This document shows, piece by piece, positions 1 to 13,218 of a DNA stretch of 64,000 nt. The notes beneath the pieces were generated by a model that was not told where the DNA came from, searched no databases, and saw nothing but the letters and a program-made list of their open reading frames with translations. This DNA comes from Octopus vulgaris (Eukaryota). The position numbers and the translations under genes are program-made. Each line of letters opens with the position of its first letter. The stretch's first letter is position 1. The DNA lies in NCBI GenBank assembly GCA_951406725.2, contig OX597815.1, forward strand, positions 125,426,001 through 125,490,000, read 5' to 3'.

Positions 1-899
1 CTCAACATGATGTTAACTAGGTAAATTTATCAGACGCAAAAAAAAATGAGATTCAAGATATAATTTAATTCAGTCAGTCTTACAGAATTTTGAACCTATA
101 TAGGGCTAAACTTGAGCTACGTATTGATTTTCTTTTCTAATTAAAGTTCAGGTTGAACCGATAAATTTTTCAACAAAATTTTAAAACAGATCCTTTGCAA
201 TAAAAAGGAGCAAAATTTTTAATTATAAATATATTCTGGAATTAATTAAAATTAAAACTTGATATACTTGAAAAGGAATACTTTATAGTTTACCAGACTA
301 GTAAATGATTGTATGTACATATGCACACAAACACGCACTCCAGTCACTTTACAGAAAATACACTGTAAAATGACTGCTGATATGAAAGGTATCCACCAAT
401 AAAAATCAAACCCATTAATGAAACAAAGGAGAGAATCATGTCCTTGCTGTATGTGGGGGCAATAAGAAATGACTGAGACACTGATGAACCTTTCCAGCTA
501 TTGCTGGGATGGAAAGTGGATGTAATGTGATGATGATGATGACATATTACATACATGATGATTGTGTGTGTGTGTGTGTGTGTGTGTGAAGGTATGTGGC
601 TTAATGGTTAGTGTTGGACTCACAATCATAAGATCATGGGTTCAACTCCCAGACCAAGTTTTGTACTGTGTTCCTGAACAAGGCACTTCATTTCATATTG
701 GTCTACTCTACTCAGCTGATAATTAGTAGCAGATGACTACTTGTGCAGCTCTTGCACTCCTTTCAGCTCTCACATCCTCAATGTTCTACAGAGTCAAGAG
801 TGAGTGGGTGTCTATGTATCTTGGAGACCACATAGTCACTGAAAACAACAAACACAGCATGGTACCGAGACATATTCGTTTGAGAGTGCCGATTAATGT

Positions 900-935
<36 letters not shown>

Positions 936-2449
936 TGAGTGAGTGGGAGAAATAGAGCGAGACAAAGAGAACGAGAGACAGGGAAACACAGATTTGTTTC
1001 TTCTTCCATAATCGTTTGAAGATCGGAAGCAAGTAACTCGGAAAGACAGTTTCTGAAGTTTCAGCTTCACACACACGCGCAAAGACACACACACTATACA
1101 AGTATACGTATAATGTACTACCTGCAACTATCTGGGATGAAATTAATAGAATTACTAGTCACTGAAGGCGTTGAAGTTTCCACCACCCACGATATACATA
1201 CATACATACATACATACACACACACTAGTGCGTGCGTGTGTGTGGGTGTGTGTGTGTAAAAAGCTACAAATAATCTTATCGTTAATAATTAGTAATAAGT
1301 TCAGTTTTTAAGAAATTTAGCATCAGGTCCTTCGAGCAAGTTTCATTCTCCTCTTAAGTAAAGTGGTGAAATCAACCTGATATAAACCTACTCATAAATT
1401 AACCTAATATAAACCGAATAATAAATATGTGTATTTGACAGCTTACCCACACGTTCACGTGTGTTGTTTTATAATCGCGCGCATTGTATCAAGAAGATTA
1501 TGAATTAAAAAAAAAAAAGGAAGGGATTAAGGCTTTGAATGAATTGGTTCAGCAAAAACAATGAATTAACAAATATCACTGAATGTCAATAGTAATCGAT
1601 AAATTGAACACTATACACTATTTTCTTGTTCATAATAAAGCAATTCTGAATAAATCAAAAATTCTAATGACGAGGAAAATAAATAATGTTAATAAATATC
1701 GTTAGTTATTCTCAAATTATGATCATAGAAAACGAATGATAATGAGAACAAAATATTATGATCAGTTTTATATGAAACTTTACCTACAAAATATCCACCT
1801 AAATCAAGAATACCGGCATAAAAAAGCGAAGTTTAAATTAGTGGAAGAGTAACAAGTATTTTTTGTGAATGATTTAATTGTAAAACATGTTTAGTTATAT
1901 GTATAAGGGATATGTTGTGTTTACATTATGAGGGAAAATAGTACATCAATAATCCTTCTCGATTTCATATTATAAAAAAGAAAACCGAAATTATTCATCT
2001 GCAAAGATGTGGTGTACAGGAAATATATAAAATTTAAGTATTCGTCAGGTAAGTGAGATGTATATTAAACTATAAAAGATAAATATTAGCTATAACAGAG
2101 GTATTTTTGTAATATTCTTAATATTATCGATCGAGAATTAACATCTAGTTCATCGAAAATGTTAAGCCCTGGATTCATAATACGACTAATACTCTTACTA
2201 TTATTTACAACAGATACGGAAAGTACACAGGCTATATATTTTAAGTAATAATTAGCACATAAACACTGTTCTAAAGAGGCGTGTCACCGACTAAACTTAA
2301 CTATCATATAATTATATAATTTAAGGCCCATTGATAGTAAGTTTAAAAGGAAACGGCGACCTTTAACTTGAAAACTATCTAATCAAGCTAGAAAAAAGCT
2401 GTTTTTGAAACCGATGGGATTTACACATTAGATTTGAGTTGGTCAAGTA

Positions 2450-2818
2450 CTGGGTGGCCAAACTGCAGATCGCGAGCCGCATGCGGTTCTAAAAGCTACT
2501 ATATCAAGCACCCGAGATCATATAGGGTTTCAGTGGGGTTCTTTTTTCCGGAATCAGCTTTAACATCCTACGAGTTAGGGTTTAAAGTATTAATTGCATG
2601 AAATGAAGATTCTATAATATCCTTCAACAAGCAGTTTAATCATTCTATTTTAGTGAAGCGGTATATTTACTCATTTATAAATATAAATCTTTAATGTCTA
2701 ATGTGCTGATATATATATATATACATACATATATATATATATATGTAAATATGTTGCGGCTCTTGACCGTAAAAAAATATATATCTGACTGTTCTTATTA
2801 AACAAGTTGGCCATCCTG
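2450..2818. mobile_element. hAT (Charlie-like) MITE
   Basis: TIRs CTGGGTGGCCAAACT and, reverse-complemented, CAGGATGGCCAACTT; subterminal GCGAGCCGCATGCGG motif. Confidence 0.7.
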
Positions 2819-5800
2819 GTATAAATAAATAAGACAATCATCTTTCTTTTCTTTTTACTTTTACTTTATAAACGACTAATAAAAAGAAGAAAAATATAAA
2901 AGTCAGTAACGCTGACAACGGCATCAAAATAACAAAACCTACCTTGGAGGCCAGGGTAGTTTCTGTGGGAGGGTTAAAAAAAAAAAAAAGAAAAATGAGC
3001 CAGCAGTAAAAGTACCACTATCTCCACAAGTGCAAAACAGAATTGTTTTGTGATAGTGGCACCGCTATCGGTGGTTATTTATTTCTTTATTGGATTTGGT
3101 GTTTTCCTGTTACTCTTCAACATTTCGCCTTCAATCTTTAGAGAGCGGCAGTGGCTGTCATTGTTGTTGTTGTTAGGTAAACACACTCATCGTCTTGTAG
3201 CTAACAACAACTATTTCCATTTAGTAAGTAGTTCCATTTAACCAATTAACTAGAAGTAAGTTAATTTAGTTAATGGACACTTTGTATCACAATTTCAAGT
3301 TAGTTACTTTCTTCTCTACTACTGTCTATGTTAATTTCTTGCTTTCTGGAAGACAGTTTTTTCATTTGTGTGGGTGTGTGTTCTTCCTTCTGTAATTCAA
3401 ATACCGCAGTTTCTTATGTACAGCTGTTTATTGTTGATATTATGGTCTATATATAAATGTGTGTGTACATACGTTTGTTCCAACTTATTGTAGACAAACA
3501 AATAGAATCACCTATAGAAGTGCTCTTTTGATGAATGTTTTATTCAGCCGTATTAATCACGAGGATCGTCTGAAAATCTGTATTGTCTGTTGGATTTACT
3601 GCAAAGGAAAAATTAAGCGAATCCGACTGGTTTTCCAAAGTTTTTGCACTTTTGCCGTCACTGTTTCGTCAATCGGCAAAAATTAACTTCCATCGTCATC
3701 TTCAATCTCATCTTTCATGTAAATGAAATTATCGCATGCTTTAAACTCCAAGAAATCCAAAGTTTCGTTGGAATTGTTTTAACTGACAATAAAAGTATAT
3801 ATTCGTTTCTTGCTCTTCAATAAAGAAAACTTTTCGTTAAAAAAATATTTAAGAAGAAAAGCAAATTTTGTTGTTGTCATTTGAAAAATTATCAACTGAA
3901 AAATAATTGGCAAACAACTTAACATAACTTTCTGATAATTTATTCACCTCGGGTAATAAAAGAAATATCGCCACATTGAGATTTTTATTGGAAACTACAC
4001 TGCTGAAGAATATTAACTTGAGCCAGATTATTTTTACATTATATAAATAAGATTTGTCACTGTGTCTAAGAAGGCATATAATTATATTTTCTTTGCTCAT
4101 TAAAACGGTTACGAGTTAGATGGCTGATCATATAATCAGATCAGATGAATGTACCTGGCTCTACGTCATGTTCAGCAGCTCGAGATCAGATGATCCATAA
4201 TTTTAGTTGATGACAATATTCACACATTTTGTAAAATTATTTTCAGAGAGTATCCTGTTATCTCATCTTATGAGGGAGTTATGATATTGTTTAATTCTTC
4301 TCTTAAAGAAGTTGTTCTAATTACTTGGAAGTTCAATTTGATGAGGGAGCATTTTGGATAAACCTAGGAATTGATAAAAGGCATAAAAATATACTATGAA
4401 AGTGATGTGATAGCAATGGATGATAAACATTAGTGAGCTCTGTACCAAATATTTCCTTGTTACGGCCTTTTATATTTTGGATTCAAATCATGCCTAGATC
4501 AACTTTGCCTTTCAGCCTTCTGAGGATGATTAAATAAGTACCAGTTAAGTATGGAAGTTGAAGTAATTGATTAAAACTCTGGATGGTTGTGCCCTAATAT
4601 GCCAACACTGCAATGACTGAAGCCATTTTAAGTAAAAGAATACTTATGTATAGTAAAAAAAATATGTGTAAGTGAGAGAGAGAGTGTGTGTGTGTGTAAA
4701 GGTATATGCCATGTGGTTTAGTGTGTTGCACTTACGATCACAAGGTTGTGGTTTTGATTCCTGAGCCAGAAACCAGTCAATGTATTTTTTTCTTGAGCAA
4801 AGCATTTAATTTTAAATTGCTCCAGTCCTCTCAGCTGGCATAATATGTAATCCTGCATCCAAGAGTGAAATATATGTGCCACAGAATCCCAGGAAACCAG
4901 TCTTATGTGCCTATTGTTTGCTCAAACAAAAAATGTGCAACCCTGTAACCATCCATGATGCTCAGTACAACTTGTATCAGGGCAAAACCTATTTTTCCTT
5001 CATGTTCTATTCATTTAGCACATCATCATTTCATTCAACGTCCACTTTTCCATGCTTGCATGGGTCAAATGGAATATATTGAGGCAGATTTTCTCTCACC
5101 AGATGCCCTTCCTGTCAATAATTCTCACCTGTTTCCAAACAAGGTCATATTTCCCCATAGCCAGACATGTTTTTCATGGAAGATTGGAAACAACATTGCT
5201 TGTATGACAGTGATGCTCATTGGCAACCATCACATAACGTTAAGACAAGGGTACACACATTTACATACTCACATGCACAAACACATATATGATGATCTTC
5301 ATCTTGTCAGATGATATCCATCTCACATTAAATGATAGTGAGTCATTTGCATGTTACTGGATTGAAGTGACAAAAGCTTGTACAACACTTTTGCCTCTCA
5401 ATCACTATAGTAGGTTCCAGTGGCAAGCTTTGTAAGATGACTGGTATATTTTAACTACAAGTTTTATGTCAGAGTATCTTTCTCCAAGAAGAGCTGCCTT
5501 CCCCATAGCTTTAGAAATAACAGGAGCTTGGGAAATCTGTTTAGCTTATAGATGGGACTGTGACAGATACTACCATTCCAGGTCAGAACAGACTTGTAAG
5601 TAATGGTAATTAAGGGAAAACTACATTTCCCCACAGTTCCAGAATTCCTGGACTGGAGCATCACCACTAGATGCAGTTTATATATTCACATACCAGAGCC
5701 TCTCGCAAGGCTTTGGCTGGCTATAGTAGAAACACTTGCCCAAAGTGGGGCACAGTGAGGCTGGACCCCAAACCAGGTGGTTGGAAAATCTGTGCCTTCT

Positions 5801-6934
5801 TTTGCTGTTTAGGTAACCCTAAGACAGAATTTGCATGATGCAACATGAGACAAGGTTGATTTGTTAAATAACAGGTATTGTCTATTTGACAGGCTCCTAT
5901 GACTTCCATCTACCTAGTTTACTCACAAAGCTAAGGCTGACTAACACTGTTAAAAATCATTTACCAAAACTATAACATCATATTGACTTTGGATGCCCTT
6001 CTTGTTTTTCAAAGAAGTCATTAGAATTGTTTCAATGGTTTTACAAATTAAAATTACAGAGCTACATGAGATATTGTTTATAAGATGTAAGCATGATATC
6101 ACTGTCACCAAAGTGTCATGCACGGACACACACACAAACATATATGTACACACAAACACGTATATAAATGTGAGTTTGGAGGGGTATATCATCTGGGCGG
6201 ATACTGTGGTGGCTCTCATTTATGCCCCAGGTATTTAACGTCTATGACTACTATTAGTTGTCAGTCACTCAGTAAATTCCTCCGATGGGTAATTCTGTGT
6301 TCACTTCATTGGAGGGTAATATTGTCAGGAGTATATATATTAGCAATAACTATAACGATATAGAACATGGAGACTTTATCTCCTCTTATTTTAAAATTTT
6401 TATACAGCATATTATTATAGTCTTTATGGCCTACACATGTTTCCACTGCACAGATTACAGGTAGTTATACAAGCAACTTGGCATGATTTTCAGTACAGCT
6501 TCATCGAGGTCTAACCATTTGGCTAGTTTTGAAGTGAACTGAGTGTAGTTAGGACATGGGGGGATCATTTTGAAAATGAAATCTGGTTCATTTGTATGTT
6601 TGCTGTCCAAAGTCAGGGTTCAGTCTAATTAGGTCAAGGTTGATGTTAGTGTTTTCACAGGGCTTTTTGTGTATTGTAGTGGTTGGGTATGTTGTAGCCT
6701 TGTTTTCAAGTGTAGTGCTTGTAGAGTAGTGTTTTTAGTTGTTTATATATTCATTTTCTTGGCTGTGTTGTTTATTTTTTATGGTATACATTGGATAGAG
6801 TATATGCTAGGTGTGTTAAAGAGGGCCATTAATTTTGGGGGTTTAAGATATGTTCTTCTCTCCGTCCTTTCACACTCAGCTGTGGGTGGGACATTGATTA
6901 TCCACTTCCTTTAAATTTTTTAAGTCTTGTGTTT

Positions 6935-7143
6935 TAATAAAACATCAACTCTCTCTAAATTTCTTTGTCTCTCCTTTTCTTTTTCTATCTCTGTCTGTCT
7001 TCACCACCCCCTCACTGTCTCTATGCCTACTATTATCCTTACCCCAACATGAGCAATAGTAGAAGTGTCATTGAATAGTGAGAGAGGGAGTCAAAGTGTG
7101 ACACACTAACATGCAAATTAGTTTTCACACTTATTATATTAGA
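6935..7143 (-). mobile_element. Helitron-like 5' fragment (second copy at about 9140-9340)
   Basis: Minus-strand a|TCtaatataataag terminus; clear similarity to 9140-9340. Confidence 0.5.
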
Positions 7144-7639
7144 TGTATGTATAGAGTGTTAGAAGTGGTGCACAGATATTGAATACTGAGAAAAGCAGAG
7201 GTTGCCAGAATTTTGGAAACAGAATTTTTTTATCTAGTCATTATTATTAGTGCTTTCGTTTGTCTTTGAACTTCTTAAATAAAATTGTGAATGTGCAAAC
7301 AGTTTGATCATTTACATAAATCAGGTGTTTTTTTTTTTTTGTTTTGTTTAAAAGAAGAGAACATTGTATTTTTTTTTGTGAGGGGTGAGGTTCCAGGACA
7401 ATGGAAATAGATAGATAGATGGATGCACAGATAGAAGAATGGATAGACAGATAAATAGCCAGACAGACAGAGAGGTAGAAAGAGGGATTTCTTTTCAATT
7501 TAGAATGTTTTTTTATCATTTATTTATTTAGTTAGTTTTTTTTTACAATTGTAAAGATACTGGCATGAGACATGAGTTCAAAGATGTTGACCTCTTTTAG
7601 GATGAGGAAAATAATGAAAAAAGGATGGGGTGCAGTCCA

Positions 7640-8034
7640 TCCAAATGTGGTCAATGCCAGTGTTCTCTGACACTCCTGTGCCGGTGGAACATAAGAAGCA
7701 CCATCTGAACATAGTCAATGTCAGTATCCACTGATTGGCTCCCATGCCAGTGGCGTGTAAAAAGCACCATCTGAACATGGCCAATGCCAGTACTCCCTGA
7801 GTGGCCCCTGTGCTGGTGGCACATAAAAAGTACTGTCCGAATATGATCAATGCCAGGTCTACCTGACTGGCTCCTGTGCATGTCGCATGTAAAAAGCACT
7901 CACTACACTCTCAGAGTGGTTGGTGTTAGGAAGGGCATCCAGCTGTAGAAACATTGCTATATCAGATTGGAGCCTGGTGCAGCTGCTGATTCTCCAAACC
8001 TCAGTCAAACTGTCCAACCCATGCCATGATGATG
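7640..8034 (+). mobile_element. RTE 3' UTR fragment with about 60-bp tandem units
   Basis: Repeated gccagtggcacgtaaaaagcacc-type units, then ggaagggcatccagctgtagaaac and a GAT tail. Confidence 0.75.
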
Positions 8035-8079
8035 TGCCAAGAAGGAAAATAAGAAGTTCTATGAAAAATTATATATAAG

Positions 8080-8705
8080 AGGTAGACCCAGGAAAACCTG
8101 GGACGAGGTGGTAAAGCACGACCTTCGAACTTTAGGCCTCACTGAGGAAATGACCAGCGACCGAGACCATTGGAAATATGCTGTACGTGAGAAGACCAGG
8201 CAAGACAAGTGAGCCCAGCCCACTTATGCATGCCTTTCCTCCCTTGGACACAAAGTCCTGTTGAGGCAAGCAAAGTCGATATAGAACCTCATCCGACGAC
8301 AGGCACCCATGCCAACCCCCTTTGCTTGCGAAGACATATTGGGGCAAGCGAAATCGAATTGAACCAGCCAGGATCCCTGGTCTGGTGGTACGTAAAAAGC
8401 ACTATCCGACTCATGGCCGATGCCAGCGCCGCCTCGACTGGCTTCCGTGCCGGTGGCACGTAAAATACACCAATCCTACCGTGGCCGTTGCCAGCCTCGC
8501 CTGGCACCTGTGCAGGTGGCACGTAAAAAGCACCCACTACACTCACGGAGTGGTTGGCGTTAGGAAGGGCATCCAGCTGTAGAAACATTGCCAGATAAGA
8601 CTGGAGCCTGGTGCAGCCTTTTGGCTACCCAGATCCCCGGTCGAACCGTCCAACCCATGCTAGCACGGAGAACGGACATTAAACGATGATGATGATGATG
8701 ATGAT
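8080..8705 (+). mobile_element. 5'-truncated RTE LINE 3' end
   Basis: RGRPRKTWDEVVKHDLR-type C-terminus, 3' UTR, (GAT)n tail; near-identical to 12673-13218. Confidence 0.85.
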
Positions 8706-9357
8706 ATATATATTTATATACGTGTGTGTGTATATGTGCCTGTGAGTTCATGTATTTGGAAATATGTTTATGTCTACACTGTGTAATTTTAATGTTTTGC
8801 ATTGAAAAATAAAGTCAGGTTTCTTTTAATTTCATGTTTTTACATGAACAAACGTTAGAACAATATTTACAAATTAGAAAAATAAAACCCACTGTTATAG
8901 AGATGAGTATCATGTATATATGTAAATATATATATATATGTATATATGTGCATGTATATATATTAAAGAAAGCAAAAAATAAAACAAAAATGATAGTGTT
9001 CAGTATGTTGCCCACAGTAATCTCTGTCAAAGGGACATGGTTAAACAAAGTTGTACATCATTTCCCTCTTTCTCTCACATACCCATTTTTTCTCTCTCTC
9101 TTATTATTACTCCCACTGCCACCATCAACATTGCTACTTTAAATAAAACATCATCAACTCTCCCTAAATTTCTTTGTATCTCTTTCTCTCCCATTCTTTT
9201 TCTTTCTCTCACAATGTGTCTGTCTGTCTTCACCACCGCCCTCATCATCTCTACTATTACTCTCATCCCAGTTCAAGGAATAGTAGAAGTGTCATTGAAT
9301 AGTGGGAGGGTGACATAGTGACACAGAAATTAGTTTTTGTATTATATTATATTATTT

Positions 9358-9413
<56 letters not shown>

Positions 9414-9439
9414 TTGTATATACATATATATGCATAATT

Positions 9440-9965
9440 GTCATCATCATCATTATCATTGTTTAATGTTTGTTTTTCCATGCTAGCATGGGTTGACTGA
9501 GGACTGGCAAGCCAGGAGGCTGCACCAGGCTCCAGTCTGATTTGGCAATGTTTCTACAGCTGGATGCCCTTCCTAGCACCAACCACTTCGAGAGTGTAGT
9601 GGGTACTTTTTATTTGTCCCTGGCATGGGAGCCAGTCAGGTGGCCCTGGCATTGATCACGCTCAGGTAGTGCTTTTTACATGCCACCAGCACAGGAGCCA
9701 GTCAGGGGGCACTGGCATCGACCACGTTCGAATGGTTCTTTTTATGTGCCACCAGCATAGCAGCCAGTCAGGCAGACCTGGCATTGACCACATTCGGATG
9801 GTGCTTTTTACGTTCCACTAGCATAGGAGCCAGTAGGGGGCACTGGCATCAACCACGTTCAGATGGTGAATTTTACGTGCCACCAGCACAGGAGCCAGTC
9901 AGGGGGCACTGTCCACAGTTATGATTTTGGTTTTTTCTTGGCTCAACAGGTCTTGTTAAGCATAT
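9440..9965 (-). mobile_element. RTE 3' UTR fragment with tandem units
   Basis: (CAT)n tail at left; reverse complement of the same 3' UTR with about 5 units. Confidence 0.75.
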
Positions 9966-10189
9966 CATATCAAGGGTACATATATATATATATATGATTG
10001 ATATAATTTACACACACATACACACATCATCATTTAATATCCATCATCCAAAGTGGTATGGATTGGACAGTTTGACAAATGCTGACAAGGCAGAAGACTG
10101 TACCAGGCTTCACTGTCTGTTTTGGGAGAGTTTTATGGCTGGATGCCCTTCCTAACACCAACCCAGCTGTAAAAAATCCCCATATATAC

Positions 10190-10740
10190 GGTGGCTGCCC
10201 CCTCATTATTGAGTATGGCCATTGCACGAAGCTTAATCAATGTTGTTATCGTGCAATGCCTGTACAAGAAGACTTTTTTTAAAGTGAGGAAAGGCTGTGT
10301 ACTGAGTCAATCCCACTCACTAAGCAAGAGCGGCCATAATCCGAAAAGAAGAACAAGTCAACATCATCGGTAACCACTGAGCTGCAGGTTTTATGTTGGA
10401 GTTATCCCAGTTACCTGAGTTACCTTCTCCTAGAAGGATGCCCTTACAAAGGCTAGGAGTCCTTCACTCCCAATGGTTTAACCACGCAATCGGGTATTCA
10501 GTCTGATTATTTCTATGTCCCCGCACATGATACAGCCTTAAGACATTTATTGGATGGCTGTTGACTCTCAAGAGTTCCTCTGCCCTTTGACGGGTTTTGT
10601 TTTTCATCCCGCTGGGTGTCCAATAAACACCCTCCACACCAAGCAAGCTTGGTGGGTTTGCCAGTTTCGTTGCCAACGACCTGACCATGCAACAGGTTGT
10701 ACTGGGTTACATGTTACCAGTAGCACTCGAAAGTGACCTG
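10190..10740 (-). mobile_element. Non-coding RTE 5' UTR-derived element
   Basis: Contains AGGGCATCCTTCTAGGAGAAGGTAACTC, resembling the motif recalled from RTE 5' UTRs. Degraded versions of the motif occur near 5480 and 14195. Confidence 0.5.
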
Positions 10741-12672
10741 ACACGTACGTACGTACGTACATACATGCATACATACATACATAATTTTTAAATATTTCTA
10801 AAATAGATCCTTCACCTCTTTTTACTGTACAACATTTATATATATTTGTTGTGTTGTCTCCAATGAACCTTGTCAATATTATGAAACTCTAGTCTTTGTG
10901 AATATTGTCCAGGTTCCTACAAGAACATTGTTCAGATACAACACTTAATGCTGCAGTTGTTTCATTCGACTCACTTAAGAGATGGAAGAACTGAAGCATT
11001 GCACACATACATAATATTTCATGTATTTGTATGGGTGTTTATTTGTGTAGATATGGCTGTATAGTTAGGATGTTTGGTTTCCAGCTACATGGCTTCAGGT
11101 TCACTTCCACTACATGGCACCTAAGGTGTCTTCTACTATGGCCTCATGCTGACCAAAGCCCCCTGAGTGGATCTTGTTGGCAGAAATGGAAAGAAGCCAA
11201 TTGTGTGTGTATGTTCTTGTCTTGACATCATGTGATAGTTGTAAATGAATGTTAGTCATACAAGCAGTATCATTCATTTCCAATATTCTAACAATGAGGA
11301 AATATTACCTTTCTTGTAAACAGGTGAGAGCTGACAACAGGGTAGGTGTCTACCAGTAGAAAAATCTGCTTCAATAAATTCCTTCACCTCATACAAGCAT
11401 AGCACAGTGAATGTTCAAACAATGATGAGATGGTGCAATATGAGATATGTATGCAAGATTTAGAGTGGTGAAACAAGATAACTTATCTGTAATGATTAAA
11501 ATTATGGAACATTGAGAACCTCAAATTAAAAATAAAACAACAAAAATAAGAACAACAGAATTTGTATAATATAAAGACTGAAATAATATGCTAACAAGGG
11601 ACAATGTTTTTATTATAGACAAAGAAATGTAGAAACTGTGGAAAATAAGAAGCAGAGTATATATCATTAGTTAAAAACTATATCATTTACTTGAATTTTA
11701 TCCAGTCCAGTATAGTTGCCATTAATGAAAATGATCTTTAATATCCTTTACATTGACATATATTTGCCTACAAAATAGTGGATCAGAGCACTGTAAGCAT
11801 ACACGAGATGGCTGCCTTGTACATGATTATAGCAAATGTTTTTTTCATTGAGAGAGAAAACATTTGAGTAAAATCAGTTCCCTATCAGCAGTAGAAAACA
11901 CACCAAACAATAGATTAATGGAATAGCAGAGAAGATAAAACACAGTTGATTTATGAAAAAAAAAAAAATAATAAATAAAAAAAAAAAATGAGGTGGAGAT
12001 AAGAACATGTAACTCAAGGCTACATAGAGCTAAATGTCAAGTTTACTTAACTTAAACAAAAATAGTAAGATGTTTTCTCATGTTTTATGACTTGGGAGCT
12101 TGTGTACAATGTTTTGAATTTCAGTACAGCAAATTAGGAGGAATCAGGAATGTTACTAAAGAAAAATTTGACTACAAGGAAATGAAAATGATGAAATTAC
12201 AAAGTGCTACTATGATTGGTTGATTAATAAAAGGTATGAATAGGATTGGATAAACTTACATCTTACAGGGTCAATAAAGTGGTGATCTGTGAGGGGATAA
12301 AGAAAAAGATATGGAATAAGGCTTTGCGATGTTTATGCTGTCAAGTCACTGAAGTTATTAATGTCCATCATATATAATATTATCATCAACATTGTTGTCC
12401 ATTTCTCCATGCTTGCATTGGTCAAATGGAATTCAATGGATGCCGGTCCTGTTGACAATTCTTTCTTGCTTCTTAACATGGCAATATTTCCCCATAATCA
12501 GGCAGGCTGTAATAGAAGATTGGAAATTAATGACAACATTTGCATGACAGTGACAGTTATTTACAACTATCATGTATGTATGTATGTACATACGTACGTA
12601 CACAATCACACACATATACATACATACATACAAACATACATACGTACATACATACATACATACATACATACA

Positions 12673-13218
12673 TTTGGAAATATGCTGTACGTGAGAAGAC
12701 CAGGCAGGACAAGTGAGCCCAGCCCACTTATGCATACCTTTCCTCCCTTGGACACAAAGACCTGTTGAGGCAAGCGAAGTCGATATAGAACCTCATCTGA
12801 CGACAGGCACCCATGCCAACCTCCTTTGCTTGCGAAGACATGTTGGGGCAAGCGAAATCGAAATCGAATTGAACCAGCCAGGATCCCTGGTCTGGTGGTA
12901 CGTAAAAAGCACTATCCGAATCGTGGCCGATGCCAGCGCCGCCTCGACTGGCTTCCGTGCCGGTGGCACGTAAAATACACCAATCCGACCATGGCCGTTG
13001 CCAGCCTCACCTGGCACCTGTGCAGGTGGCACGTAAAAAGCACCCACTACACTCACGGAGTGGTTGGCATTAGGAAGGGCATCCAGCTGTAGAAACATTG
13101 CCAGATAAGACTGGAGCCTGGTGCAGCCTTCTGGCTACCCAGATCCCCGGTCGAACCGTCCAACCCATGCTAGCATGGAGAACAGACGTTAAACGATGAT
13201 GATGATGATGATGATGAT
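12673..13218 (+). mobile_element. 5'-truncated RTE LINE 3' end
   Basis: Near-identical to 8170-8705; follows a (TACA)n tract; (GAT)n tail. Confidence 0.85.

Noticed and set aside
481-530. CTGATGA...hairpin...GAAA at the window start
   Set aside because: Stems I and III cannot be formed; probably chance.
3849-4100. 83-aa minus-strand ORF
   Set aside because: AT-driven composition and no recognisable domain; at most a uORF.
7640-9910. Regularly spaced repeats of about 60 bp resembling a CRISPR array
   Set aside because: Units are degenerate tandem copies without unique spacers, lie within RTE 3' UTRs, and the DNA is eukaryotic with no cas genes.
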